Source of the DNA: Eledone cirrhosa
Lineage: Eukaryota
Length of the DNA stretch: 64,000 nt
NCBI GenBank assembly: GCA_964016885.1
Contig: OZ024742.1
Span: 316,696,001-316,760,000, forward strand
Direction: 5' to 3'
The notes beneath the pieces were generated by a model. That model searched no databases and had not been told where the DNA came from. It saw nothing but the letters and a program-made list of their open reading frames with translations. Of this stretch, positions 1-13,589 are shown in pieces; the first letter of the stretch is position 1; every line of letters begins with the position of its first letter. The translations under genes were made by a program, and so were the position numbers.

Positions 1-3000
1 GAATCGTAAAAGCACATATCGTTATATGCTTTTTCTATGAAAATTAGTAGTGGGCAGACTAATTTGCATAGAGTGTGAGTAAGTACCGGTTCAACGGAGA
101 CGATAAAAACAAATAACGAAACGAAATTAAATTTCGTTTCGTTTGTAACTCACTTTTGTATGACTGACGCTTAAACAATTAAGTTAAAGATGTACATCCA
201 TATATGTATACTGAAATACTAGTATGTATATGAATACACACACGTATACATATGTAGATGTACCAAGTTTTTTCACTGGTCACTTTACTGTGAGTGGCCA
301 GCTATTCTGTATGTAAACACACAGACAAACCGGTTTTTAGAGTCATACTGGTTTTTGAGGAAACACCTTTCCTCTATTCTCCAGAAAGCCAGACAAGGAA
401 TATTGAACTAGTTTCGTTGTTGTTACAACTCATCAGCAATATTTACCTATCTTCCGGCCTCTCTAGAGAATCGTAAAAGCACATATCGTTATATGCTTTT
501 TCTATGAAAATTAGTAGTGGGCAGACTAATTTGCATAGAGTGTGAGTAAGTACCGGTTCAACGGAGACGATAAAAACAAATAACGAAACGAAATTAAATT
601 TCGTTTCGTTTGTAACTCACTTTTGTATGACTGACGCTTAAACAATTAAGTTAAAGATGTACATCCATATATGTATACTGAAATACTAGTATGTATATGA
701 ATACACACACGTATACATATGTAGATGTACCAAGTTTTTTCACTGGTCACTTTACTGTGAGTGGCCAGCTATTCTGTATGTAAACACACAGACAAACCGG
801 TTTTTAGAGTCATACTGGTTTTTGAGGAAACACCTTTCCTCTATTCTCCAGAAAGCCAGACAAGGAATATTGAACTAGTTTCGTTGTTGTTACAACTCAT
901 CAGCAATATTTACCTATCTTCCGGCCTCTCTAGAGAATCGTAAAAGCACATATCGTTATATGCTTTTTCTATGAAAATTAGTAGTGGGCAGACTAATTTG
1001 CATAGAGTGTGAGTAAGTACCGGTTCAACGGAGACGATAAAAACAAATAACGAAACGAAATTAAATTTCGTTTCGTTTGTAACTCACTTTTGTATGACTG
1101 ACGCTTAAACAATTAAGTTAAAGATGTACATCCATATATGTATACTGAAATACTAGTATGTATATGAATACACACACGTATACATATGTAGATGTACCAA
1201 GTTTTTTCACTGGTCACTTTACTGTGAGTGGCCAGCTATTCTGTATGTAAACACACAGACAAACCGGTTTTTAGAGTCATACTGGTTTTTGAGGAAACAC
1301 CTTTCCTCTATTCTCCAGAAAGCCAGACAAGGAATATTGAACTAGTTTCGTATTTCAGTATACATATATGGATGTACATCTTTAACTTAATTGTTTAAGC
1401 GTCAGTCATACAAAAGTGAGTTACAAACGAAACGAAATTTAATTTCGTTTCGTTATTTGTTTTTATCGTCTCCGTTGAACCGGTACTTACTCACACTCTA
1501 TGCAAATTAGTCTGCCCACTACTAATTTTCATAGAAAAAGCATATAACGATATGTGCTTTTACGATTCTCTAGAGAGGCCGGAAGATAGGTAAATATTGC
1601 TGATGAGTTGTAACAACAACGAAACTAGTTCAATATTTCTTGTCTGGCTTTCTGGAGAATAGAGGAAAGGTGTTTCCTCAAAAACCAGTATGACTCTAAA
1701 AACCGGTTTGTCTGTGTGTTTACATACAGAATAGCTGGCCACTCACAGTAAAGTGACCAGTGAAAAAACTTGGTACATCTACATATGTATACGTGTGTGT
1801 ATTCATATACATACTAGTATTTCAGTATACATATATGGATGTACATCTTTAACTTAATTGTTTAAGCGTCAGTCATACAAAAGTGAGTTACAAACGAAAC
1901 GAAATTTAATTTCGTTTCGTTATTTGTTTTTATCGTCTCCGTTGAACCGGTACTTACTCACACTCTATGCAAATTAGTCTGCCCACTACTAATTTTCATA
2001 GAAAAAGCATATAACGATATGTGCTTTTACGATTCTCTAGAGAGGCCGGAAGATAGGTAAATATTGCTGATGAGTTGTAACAACAACGAAACTAGTTCAA
2101 TATTCCTTGTCTGGCTTTCTGGAGAATAGAGGAAAGGTGTTTCCTCAAAAACCAGTATGACTCTAAAAACCGGTTTGTCTGTGTGTTTACATACAGAATA
2201 GCTGGCCACTCACAGTAAAGTGACCAGTGAAAAAACTTGGTACATCTACATATGTATACGTGTGTGTATTCATATACATACTAGTATTTCAGTATACATA
2301 TATGGATGTACATCTTTAACTTAATTGTTTAAGCGTCAGTCATACAAAAGTGAGTTACAAACGAAACGAAATTTAATTTCGTTTCGTTATTTGTTTTTAT
2401 CGTCTCCGTTGAACCGGTACTTACTCACACTCTATGCAAATTAGTCTGCCCACTACTAATTTTCATAGAAAAAGCATATAACGATATGTGCTTTTACGAT
2501 TCTCTAGAGAGGCCGGCAGATAGGTAAATATTGCTGATGAGTTGTAACAACAACGAAACTAGTTTAATATTCCTTGTCTGGCTTTCTGGAGAATAGAGGA
2601 AAGGTGTTTCCTCAAAAACCAGTATGACTCTAAAAACCGGTTTGTCTGTGTGTTTACATACAGAATAGCTGGCCACTCACAGTAAAGTGACCAGTGAAAA
2701 AACTTGGTACATCTACATATGTATACGTGTGTGTATTCATATACATACTAGTATTTCAGTATACATATATGGATGTACATCTTTAACTTAATTGTTTAAG
2801 CGTCAGTCATACAAAAGTGAGTTACAAACGAAACGAAATTTAATTTCGTTTCGTTATTTGTTTTTATCGTCTCCGTTGAACCGGTACTTACTCACACTCT
2901 ATGCAAATTAGTCTGCCCACTACTAATTTTCATAGAAAAAGCATATAACGATATGTGCTTTTACGATTCTCTAGAGAGGCCGGAAGATAGGTAAATATTG

Positions 3001-6000
3001 CTGATGAGTTGTAACAACAACGAAACTAGTTCAATATTCCTTGTCTGGCTTTCTGGAGAATAGAGGAAAGGTGTTTCCTCAAAAACCAGTATGACTCTAA
3101 AAACCGGTTTGTCTGTGTGTTTACATACAGAATAGCTGGCCACTCACAGTAAAGTGACCAGTGAAAAAACTTGGTACATCTACATATGTATACGTGTGTG
3201 TATTCATATACATACTAGTATTTCAGTATACATATATGGATGTACATCTTTAACTTAATTGTTTAAGCGTCAGTCATACAAAAGTGAGTTACAAACGAAA
3301 CGAAATTTAATTTCGTTTCGTTATTTGTTTTTATCGTCTCCGTTGAACCGGTACTTACTCACACTCCTCGCAAATTAGTCTGCCCACTACTAATTTTCAT
3401 AGAAAAAGCATATAACGATATGTGCTTTTACGATTCTCTAGAGAGGCCGGAAGATAGGTAAATATTGCTGATGAGTTGTAACAACAACGAAACTAGTTCA
3501 ATATTCCTTGTCTGGCTTTCTGGAGAATAGAGGAAAGGTGTTTCCTCAAAAACCAGTATGACTCTAAAAACCGGTTTGTCTGTGTGTTTACATACAGAAT
3601 AGCTGGCCACTCACAGTAAAGTGACCAGTGAAAAAACTTGGTACATCTAGATATGTATACGTGTGTGTATTCATATACATACTAGTATTTCAGTATACAT
3701 ATATGGATGTACATCTTTAACTTAATTGTTTAAGCGTCAGTCATACAAAAGTGAGTTACAAACGAAACGAAATTTAATTTCGTTTCGTTATTTGTTTTTA
3801 TCGTCTCCGTTGAACCGGTACTTACTCACACTCTATGCAAATTAGTCTGCCCACTACTAATTTTCATAGAAAAAGCATATAACGATATGTGCTTTTACGA
3901 TTCTCTAGAGAGGCCGGAAGATAGGTAAATATTGCTGATGAGTTGTAACAACAACGAAACTAGTTCAATATTCCTTGTCTGGCTTTCTGGAGAATAGAGA
4001 AAAGGTGTTTCCTCAAAAACCAGTATGACTCTAAAAACCGGTTTGTCTGTGTGTTTACATACAGAATAGCTGGCCACTCACAGTAAAGTGACCAGTGAAA
4101 AAACTTGGTACATCTACATATGTATACGTGTGTGTATTCATATACATACTAGTATTTCAGTATACATATATGGATGTACATCTTTAACTTAATTGTTTAA
4201 GCGTCAGTCATACAAAAGTGAGTTACAAACGAAACGAAATTTAATTTCGTTTCGTTATTTGTTTTTATCGTCTCCGTTGAACCGGTACTTACTCACACTC
4301 TATGCAAATTAGTCTGCCCACTACTAATTTTCATAGAAAAAGCATATAACGATATGTGCTTTTACGATTCTCTAGAGAGGCCGGAAGATAGGTAAATATT
4401 GCTGATGAGTTGTAACAACAACGAAACTAGTTCAATATTCCTTGTCTGGCTTTCTGGAGAATAGAGGAAAGGTGTTTCCTCAAAAACCAGTATGACTCTA
4501 AAAACCGGTTTGTCTGTGTGTTTACATACAGAATAGCTGGCCACTCACAGTAAAGTGACCAGTGAAAAAACTTGGTACATCTACATATGTATACGTGTGT
4601 GTATTCATATACATACTAGTATTTCAGTATACATATATGGATGTACATCTTTAACTTAATTGTTTAAGCGTCAGTCATACAAAAGTGAGTTACAAACGAA
4701 ACGAAATTTAATTTCGTTTCGTTATTTGTTTTTATCGTCTCCGTTGAACCGGTACTTACTCACACTCTATGCAAATTAGTCTGCCCACTACTAATTTTCA
4801 TAGAAAAAGCATATAACGATATGTGCTTTTACGATTCTCTAGAGAGGCCGGAAGATAGGTAAATATTGCTGATGAGTTGTAACAACAACGAAACTAGTTC
4901 AATATTCCTTGTCTGGCTTTCTGGAGAATAGAGGAAAGGTGTTTCCTCAAAAACCAGTATGACTCTAAAAACCGGTTTGTCTGTGTGTTTACATACAGAA
5001 TAGCTGGCCACTCACAGTAAAGTGACCAGTGAAAAAACTTGGTACATCTACATATGTATACGTGTGTGTATTCATATACATACTAGTATTTCAGTATACA
5101 TATATGGATGTACATCTTTAACTTAATTGTTTAAGCGTCAGTCATACAAAAGTGAGTTACAAACGAAACGAAATTTAATTTCGTTTCGTTATTTGTTTTT
5201 ATCGTCTCCGTTGAACCGGTACTTACTCACACTCTATGCAAATTAGTCTGCCCACTACTAATTTTCATAGAAAAAGCATATAACGATATGTGCTTTTACG
5301 ATTCTCTAGAGAGGCCGGAAGATAGGTAAATATTGCTGATGAGTTGTAACAACAACGAAACTAGTTCAATATTCCTTGTCTGGCTTTCTGGAGAATAGAG
5401 GAAAGGTGTTTCCTCAAAAACCAGTATGACTCTAAAAACCGGTTTGTCTGTGTGTTTACATACAGAATAGCTGGCCACTCACAGTAAAGTGACCAGTGAA
5501 AAAACTTGGTACATCTACATATGTATACGTGTGTGTATTCATATACATACTAGTATTTCAGTATACATATATGGATGTACATCTTTAACTTAATTGTTTA
5601 AGCGTCAGTCATACAAAAGTGAGTTACAAACGAAACGAAATTTAATTTCGTTTCGTTATTTGTTTTTATCGTCTCCGTTGAACCGGTACTTACTCACACT
5701 CTATGCAAATTAGTCTGCCCACTACTAATTTTCATAGAAAAAGCATATAACGATATGTGCTTTTACGATTCTCTAGAGAGGCCGGAAGATAGGTAAATAT
5801 TGCTGATGAGTTGTAACAACAACGAAACTAGTTCAATATTCCTTGTCTGGCTTTCTGGAGAATAGAGGAAAGGTGTTTCCTCAAAAACCAGTATGACTCT
5901 AAAAACCGGTTTGTCTGTGTGTTTACATACAGAATAGCTGGCCACTCACAGTAAAGTGACCAGTGAAAAAACTTGGTACATCTACATATGTATACGTGTG

Positions 6001-6526
6001 TGTATTCATATACATACTAGTATTTCAGTATACATATATGGATGTACATCTTTAACTTAATTGTTTAAGCGTCAGTCATACAAAAGTGAGTTACAAACGA
6101 AACGAAATTTAATTTCGTTTCGTTATTTGTTTTTATCGTCTCCGTTGAACCGGTACTTACTCACACTCTATGCAAATTAGTCTGCCCACTACTAATTTTC
6201 ATAGAAAAAGCATATAACGATATGTGCTTTTACGATTCTCTAGAGAGGCCGGAAGATAGGTAAATATTGCTGATGAGTTGTAACAACAACGAAACTAGTT
6301 CAATATTCCTTGTCTGGCTTTCTGGAGAATAGAGGAAAGGTGTTTCCTCAAAAACCAGTATGACTCTAAAAACCGGTTTGTCTGTGTGTTTACATACAGA
6401 ATAGCTGGCCACTCACAGTAAAGTGACCAGTGAAAAAACTTGGTACATCTACATATGTATACGTGTGTGTATTCATATACATACTAGTATTTCAGTATAC
6501 ATATATGGATGTACATCTTTAACTTA

Positions 6527-6530
<4 letters not shown>
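1..6530. mobile_element. 467-bp tandem array of a hammerhead-bearing non-autonomous PLE-type element (retrozyme-like), head-to-head inversion at 1350-1351
   Basis: Exact 467-bp period. Left arm 1-1351 (HHR on minus, cut by window start); right arm 1350-6530 (11 units + 44 nt, HHR on plus) ends AACTTAATTG then (TA)n. GT microhomology at the junction. Only a handful of substitutions between units. Confidence 0.9.
1593..1637 (+). ncRNA. Minimal type I hammerhead ribozyme (first of 11 plus-strand copies every 467 bp to 6263-6307; minus copies at 399-443, 866-910)
   Basis: AATATTG-CTGATGA-GTTG taacaa CAAC-GAAA-CTAG-TT^CAATATT: 7-bp stem I, canonical core, palindromic stem III (AACTAGTT), GUU triplet. 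Confidence 0.9.
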
Positions 6531-6611
<81 letters not shown>

Positions 6612-6618
<7 letters not shown>

Positions 6619-8926
6619 CACATGAAGGCGAACTACCCAGTTTTAGAATTCCCTTTTTCGGATTATATTACTGTGAGAGCCCTGGTTTTCTGTTGAGCTC
6701 TGCTGATGATTGAAATTCCAACCGTGACCATCTCCACTGAAAGTTTTCATGAAATAGTCTTTTAAGACTATACAGAGCATTTGATGTTATTCCAAATTGA
6801 AGGATAAGTGTTTCAAACTTTATTTTATCATGAGTTAAAGGTCTATAGATTTTCCATGGATTTTACTAAATTCTGTGGATGAATTTATATCCTGATTCTC
6901 TTTTGAGATGAGTTTGAATTATTTTTCCTAAATCTTTCGTTAACTACTTTTCCCATCTTGACGTTATAGTCGCATATATGTTATAGAATGCCGTTAGCTT
7001 CTTGCTAAAACAATCTCTATACCTCTCATTTATATTTATACTCGGATTCTTTTCCTAGAGTGCTTAAACTATCTGTGACTAATCCCGGTTTTTTTTTCAT
7101 AAAAACTGTGATAATTATTGCTATTTTGCTGAACTCCTTTGTAGAGTTTTTTTTTCAGAATGTATTTGACTGCTATTTCTTGTAAATAAACATTCACTTC
7201 CATCCTGACGTCACTAGCCCCGTTTTTTCCTCATGTGCTTTTTCATAAATACACATGAAGGCGAACTAGCCAGTTTTAGAATTCCCTTTTTCGGATTATA
7301 TTACTGTGAGAGCCCTGGTTTTCTGTTGAGCTCTGCTGATGATTGAAATTCCAACCGTGACCATCTCCATTGAAAGTTTTCATGAAATAGTCTTTTAAGT
7401 CTATACAGAGCATTTGATGTTATTCCAAATTGAAGGATAAGTGTTTCAAACTTTATTTTATCATGAGTTAAAGGTCTATAGATTTTCCATGGATTTTACT
7501 AAATTCTGTGGATGAATTTATATCCTGATTCTCTTTTGAGATGAGTTTGAGTTATTTTTCCTAAATCTTTCGTTAACTACTTTTCCCATCTTGACGTTAT
7601 AGTCGCATATATGTTATAGAATGCCGTTAGCTTCTTGCTAAAACAATCTCTATACCTCTCATTTATATTTATACTCTGATTCTTTTCCTAGAGTGCTTAA
7701 ACTATCTGTGACTAATCCCGGTTTTTTTTTTTTCATAAAAACTGTGATAATTATTGCTATTTTGCTGAACTCCTTTGTAGAGTTTTTTTTCAGAATGTAT
7801 TTGACTGCTATTTCTTGTTAATAAACATTCACTTCCATCCTGACGTCACTAGCCCCGTTTTTTCCTCATGTGCTTTTTCATAAATACACATGAAGGCGAA
7901 CTAGCCAGTTTTAGAATTCCCTTTTTCGGATTATATTACTGTGAGAGCCCTGGTTTTCTGTTGAGCTCTGCTGATGATTGAAATTCCAACCGTGACCATC
8001 TCCACTGAAAGTTTTCATGAAATAGTCTTTTAAGACTATACAGAGCATTTGATGTTATTCCAAATTGAAGGATAAGTGTTTCAAACTTTATTTTATCATG
8101 AGTTAAAGGTCTATAGATTTTCCATGGATTTTACTAAATTCTGTGGATGAATTTATATCCTGATTCTCTTTTGAGATGAGTTTGAATTATTTTTCCTAAA
8201 TCTTTCGTTAACTACTTTTCCCATCTTGACGTTATAGTCGCATATATGTTATAGAATGCCGTTAGCTTCTTGCTAAAACAATCTCTATACCTCTCATTTA
8301 TATGTATACTCGGATTCTTTTCCTAGAGTGCTTAAACTATCTGTGACTAATCCCGGTTTTTTTTCATAAAAACTGTGATAATTATTGCTATTTTGCTGAA
8401 CTCCTTTGTAGAGTTTTTTTTCAGAATGTATTTGACTGCTATTTCTTGTAAATAAACATTCACTTCCATCCTGACGTCACTAGCCCCGTTTTTTCCTCAT
8501 GTGCTTTTTCATAAATACACATGAAGGTGAACTAGCCAGTTTTAGAATTCCCTTTTTCGGATTATATTACTGTGAGAGCCCTGGTTTTCTGTTGAGCTCT
8601 GCTGATGATTGAAATTCCAACCGTGACCATCTCCACTGAAAGTTTTCATGAAATAGTCTTTTAAGACTATACAGAGCATTTGATGTTATTCCAAATTGAA
8701 GGATAAGTGTTTCAAACTTTATTTTATCATGAGTTAAAGGTCTATAGATTTTCCATGGATTTTACTAAATTCTGTGGATGAATTTATATCCTGATTCTCT
8801 TTTGAGATGAGTTTGAGTTATTTTTCCTAAATCTTTCGTTAACTACTTTTCCCATCTTGACGTTATAGTCGCATATATGTTATAGAATGCCGTTAGCTTC
8901 TTGCTAAAACAATCTCTATACCTCTC

Positions 8927-8930
<4 letters not shown>
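6612..8930 (+). mobile_element. ~632-bp tandem array (about 3.65 units) with one hammerhead per unit, flanked by (TA)n
   Basis: CATGAAG anchor at 6621, 7254, 7889, 8520; length differences lie in T runs; (TA)n on both sides. Confidence 0.88.
6697..6778 (+). ncRNA. Type I hammerhead ribozyme with extended stem II (repeated in each ~632-bp unit)
   Basis: GCTCTG-CTGATGA-TTGAAA...TTTCAT-GAAA-TAGTC ttttaa GACTA-TA^CAGAGC: perfect stems I and III, AUA triplet. Confidence 0.85.
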
Positions 8931-8998
<68 letters not shown>

Positions 8999-9001
8999 AT
9001 G

Positions 9002-9035
<34 letters not shown>

Positions 9036-9101
9036 TATGAGGGTGTTAAAGTTTGCTTGAAGCATTGTGAAATGTGTAAAATACGTAGAATTTGTATAGA
9101 A

Positions 9102-9245
<144 letters not shown>

Positions 9246-9248
9246 GTG

Positions 9249-9331
<83 letters not shown>

Positions 9332-9415
9332 AAAAATTGAACAGGGACAGAACAGAGAGGCAGTACGACAAATGTTTATTAGCTTCACGCTCAGGAGAGT
9401 GGGGGGTAGGTGGAG

Positions 9416-9449
9416 GACGACGTTTCGGGCATAAGCCCTTCTTCGGGTA
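9416..9449 (-). ncRNA. Hammerhead-like motif of the Neptune 3' UTR (CCGAAGA core, stem I unclear)
   Basis: Minus strand CCGAAGA-A-GGGC ttat GCCC-GAAA-CG-TC; resembles the intact HHR at 58915-58950. Confidence 0.55.
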
Positions 9450-10275
9450 AGAGTTCAAAAGGTGTGTAGGGGAGTGGTGGAGAGACATATAGCGAAAGGA
9501 AACGGTGCGAATAAAAAATTAACAAATAAAGACAAAATTATAATAAATAATAAATAAAAATAAAGCATGATCAAAATACAAGGAATGAGAACATTTAAAA
9601 ATAAAGGCATGATCAAAATAAACTGAAATTAAAAGGGGGGTAAACAGGTGGTGGAAGGGTGTGGGGTGAGTAGAGGTGGAGGCGGGTGGAGTGGGGAGAG
9701 GGAGACGGGGTGTCCGAGCGGGGAGGGCTGAAGGTGGTGTGTGTGGTTAGGTGTGTGTGTGTGTGTGTGTATGTGAAAGTGAGGGTTGGGGGAAGAACGG
9801 GGTTGCATGTTCAGGAAGGTGTGTGTGGGGGGTGTTTTTGTGTGTCGGAGGGTCTGTGCGTGTGTGGATAGGGGGTGGGGGGAGAGGAATCAGGGGGCTG
9901 AGGGTGTAAATATGTGGTGGGAAGCACGTGTGTGTAGTTTAAGCGTGTTGTGGGTGTGGGTGGCGTGTGGATAAACAAATTTGTTTTGGGATGTGTGTGT
10001 GGGTGAGTTATATAGGTGATGGTGTTAGAGGATGGTTGAAAAGTGGTAAGTTACACGGATGTATGGAGATTTTGGTTGGAAGTCAAAACGCGTGTGGGTA
10101 ATCCAAGAAGCGGTGGTCGGAAGAGGAGAGATGTGGGGTGCGCGCGCAACAGGAAGTGGTCAGCAGTGGAAGTGCTGTGGTCAGTGGGTGCTGAGACAGT
10201 GGTCGGAAGGGCATAGCAGCAGTCAGCGGAATGGTAGGGAGGCGAGGATGGGTAGGTGTGAGAGTTGGAGTGAGG

Positions 10276-10314
<39 letters not shown>

Positions 10315-10811
10315 TAGTAGGGGTGTTAGTGGGATGAGTGAGTGTGGAGTGGGGAGAGAAGGGTGTGTGTGGTTCTGTGGAGGGAGTGTGGTGTACTGGT
10401 GTGTGTGTAGTTTGGTGAGGAGGTGTTAGTGGGTGTTAGTAGACGGGAGGTGGGGAGGGGTGGAATGCAGGTGTGAGTGGGGGTTAGTGGGGGTAGGGTG
10501 TGTAGAGTGGTGGTGTACGAGGGTGTGTGGGTACGTGTGCGTGGGGTTGGAGGGTGTTAGTGATGTTAGTTGCGTGTGGGGTGGGTGGTGTAAGTGTGTG
10601 CGTGTGATAAGGAGGGGGGAGGAGGAGAAGAGGGGAGGGAAGGGATGTTAGTATGTTAGTTGGGGAAGGGTGGTTAGATGAGGGGTGGAGTGGGGGTGTT
10701 AGTATTGTTAGTGTGGGGTGGGCGGTGAAAAGGAGGGGTGTGTTAGTGGTGTTAGTGGGGGATAAGGGGGGAGGGGGGCGGTCGAACGCTAAAGGAATAA
10801 GGGTGGGGAGT

Positions 10812-12864
10812 TCAGGCCGGGGGGGGGGGGGTCTGTAAGATGAAGATAGTACGTTGTTCGACCGTGAGGCGATGGGCGGGTGTTCCGTGGCACTGGAGTA
10901 GGCCACAGACTGTGAGATGGTGTGCGGAGTGTCCAGGGCCACCAAAGTGGCGGGCGATGGGGGAACTGCCCCCGAGGCGAATGTCCCGGAGGTGCTCCGT
11001 GACTCGGTCCGCCAGGCGGCGTCCCGTCTGTCCGACATAAGTCGCGCTGCACCTCGTGCAACGAAGTCCGTAGACTAGGTTGGAGGAGGTGCAGCGGAAG
11101 GCATGCCGGACCGAGAGAGGGTGGCCGTTGGGACCCTGGAAGGTGGTGGTGTTGGTGATGTGGGGACAGGTGTTGCAGCGGGGCCTAGAACAGGGGAAGG
11201 AACCGGGGGGGGAAACGGAGCGTGGGTTGGGGGGTAGGGAGCTGTGGACGAGGAGGGTGCGGAGATTGCGTGCGCGTATGAAGGAGGGGAGTGGTGGGGT
11301 TGGGAAGATGTGGGAGGTGGAGGGGTCGGACTGGAGGTGTCGGAAGAGGCGGCGGATGGTGCGGTGGAGGGGTGCGGTGGAGGGGTGGTAGGTGATGGGG
11401 AAGGGGAGACGGTGGGTGGGTGTGCGGTGGCGTGGGGTGAGGGTGGTAGAGCGGGGGATAGCACGGGCGCGGGTGAGAGCGGTGTGGACGAGAGAGGGGG
11501 GGTAACCTCTGCGGATGAAATGGCTGACTAGGGAAAGGGCTTGGGACTCGAAGTCAGCATCTCGGCTACAGAGGCGGCGGATCCTGAGAAGTTGGGAGTA
11601 GGGAATGGAGAGTTTAGTGTGGGTGGGGTGGGAAGAGGTGAAGTCGAGGTAAGAGTGGGAGTCGGTGGGTTTGAAGAAGGCGGAGGTGACGAGGGAGTGG
11701 TGGGAGGGGTCGAAGGCGAGGGAGATGTCCAAGAAGTGGACGTGGGTGGTGGAGATAGAGGTGGTGAAGTGGAGGGAGGGGTGGAAGGAGCAGAAGAAGG
11801 AGAGAAAGGAGTCGAGCTGTACTCGGGTGAGGGTCGTGGCTCCGATACAGTCGTCAATGTAACGACCGTACAGTTCGGGCGTGGGGCCAGTGTACTGGGC
11901 AAAGATTTGGGCCTCAACATGGCCAACAAAAAGGTTGGCATAGTTCGGGCCCATTCTTGTGCCCATGGCTACCCCCGTGACCTGTTGGTAAAACTCACCC
12001 GAGAAGGAGAAACAATTTAGGGTGAGGACCAGCTCGGCGAGGCGAAGGAGGGTGGGGGTGGAGGGAATGGGGGAGGGGCGAAGGTCGAGGTAGTGTTTGA
12101 GGGCGCGAAGGCCGTCGGCGTGGGGGATGACGGTATAGAGGGACTTGATGTCTAGGGTGAAGAGGAATGGCTGAGGGCCGGGTAGGTAGGTGAAGGAGTC
12201 GAAAAGGCGCAGGGCGTGGTTGGTGTCAGAGATGTGGGAGGGGAGGGTGGTGACAAGGGGGGCGAGGAGGGAGTCGAGAAAGGCGGAGATGAGTTCGGTG
12301 GGGCAGTTGCAAGCGGAGACGATGGGACGGCCGGGGTTGTCGGGTTTGTGGAGTTTGGGGAGGAAGTAGATGGTGGGGGTGCGGGGTGTGCGGACGATGA
12401 GGTGGGAAGCGGTGGGGGGGAGGAGGGAGGAGGCGATAAGGTCTTTGATGGTGGAGGAGACTTGTTGTTGGTAGAGGGGGGTGGGATCGGAGGGTAGAGG
12501 GCGGTAAAAGAGGGGGTTACAGAACTGCCTGAGGGCTTCGGCCTTGTAGAGGTCCGCGCGCCATACCACCACGGCGCCTCCCTTGTCCGCCGGTTTGATG
12601 ACGATGTCATCTCGGCTACGGAGGGAGCGGAGAGCGAGGAGTTCGCCCCGTGAGATGTTGTGCCGTTTGGAACGGTGGCGGAAGTCGAAACGATTTACTG
12701 CGCTACGGCTGGCATCGACGAAGGCGTCCAGGGTGCTAAATTGCCCTGGGGCCGGCGTCCAAGAAGATGGTCGTCGGCCCAGGGCGGGAAACGGGTCTGG
12801 GGCGTCCGGAGCCGGTGGCGTTTGACCGAAATGTGCCTGTAGCTTAGTGCGTCGCACGAATCGC

Positions 12865-12868
<4 letters not shown>
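10812..12868 (-). CDS. PLE reverse transcriptase + Cys-rich linker + GIY-YIG endonuclease (N-terminally truncated)
   Basis: [74 protein letters not shown]. The listed YIYI N-terminus is microsatellite. The usual PxGLN end is in another frame after a 13-nt homopolymer at 10819-10831. Confidence 0.9.
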
Positions 12869-12955
<87 letters not shown>

Positions 12956-12983
12956 ATATATATATATATATGTATGTATATAT

Positions 12984-13444
12984 AATTAAGTTAAAAATGT
13001 ACATCCACATATGTATACTGAAATACTAGTATGCATATGAATACACACACGTATACATATGTAGATGTACCGATTTTTTCACTGGTCAGTTTACTGTGAG
13101 TGTCCAGCTATTCCGTATGTAAACACACAGACAAACCGGTTTTTAGAGTCATACTGGTTTTTGAGGAAACACTTTTCCTCTATTCTCCAGAAAGCCAGAC
13201 AAGGAATATTGAACTAGTTTCGATGTTGTTACATCTCATCAGCAATATTTACCTATCTTCCGGCCTTTCTAGAGAATCGTAAAAGCAGATATCGTTATAT
13301 GCTTTTTCTATGAAAATTAGTAGTGGGCAGACTAATGTGCATAGAGCGTGAGTACGTACCGGTTCAACGGTGACGATAAAAACAAATAACGAAACGAATT
13401 ACAAACGAAACGAAATTTAATTTCGTTTCGTTATTTGTTTTTAT
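12984..13444 (-). mobile_element. Diverged single copy of the 467-bp element with a short inverted arm (13399-13444)
   Basis: Aligns with the 467 unit with scattered substitutions; same 3' end (AACTTAATT) fused to (TA)n; HHR at 13205-13249. Confidence 0.88.
13205..13249 (-). ncRNA. Minimal hammerhead ribozyme with compensatory stem II change
   Basis: Stem II GATG/CATC versus GTTG/CAAC in the main array; rest of the motif identical. Confidence 0.88.
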
Positions 13445-13477
13445 GTATATATATATATATATATATGTATGTATATA

Positions 13478-13533
13478 TATGTAAGTATGTATGTATACGT
13501 ACATACATATATGTATACAGACGTACAGTAGCA

Positions 13534-13589
<56 letters not shown>

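Larger units (their letters stand above)
9330..12868 (-). mobile_element. 5'-truncated Penelope-like element, Neptune-type, inserted in (TA)n
   Basis: RT+GIY-YIG ORF, ~1.45-kb low-complexity 3' UTR with HHR-like motif near the 3' end; both ends abut (TA)n. Confidence 0.88.

Noticed and set aside
1350-1351. Inversions as pure read-foldback artefacts
   Set aside because: Junctions are asymmetric rather than mirror points, recur in old diverged copies whose arms differ (18242, 19210, 28747), and follow one polarity. Array copy numbers could still be mis-assembled.
294-6412. Repeated 60-aa ORF MASYSVCK...
   Set aside because: GTG start in a eukaryote, antisense to the ribozyme, no recognisable domain; it recurs only because the unit is repeated.
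1-8930. CRISPR array or rDNA/snRNA cluster interpretation of the tandem arrays
   Set aside because: No unique spacers, no cas genes, no recognisable rRNA or snRNA sequence; eukaryotic context.
10300-10760. Telomeric repeat remnant
   Set aside because: GGTGTTAGT motifs are dispersed, not tandem TTAGGG; they are part of the PLE 3' UTR.
11075-12907. Overlapping Pro/Ser- and Gly/Glu-rich ORFs
   Set aside because: Alternative frames of the C-skewed RT gene.
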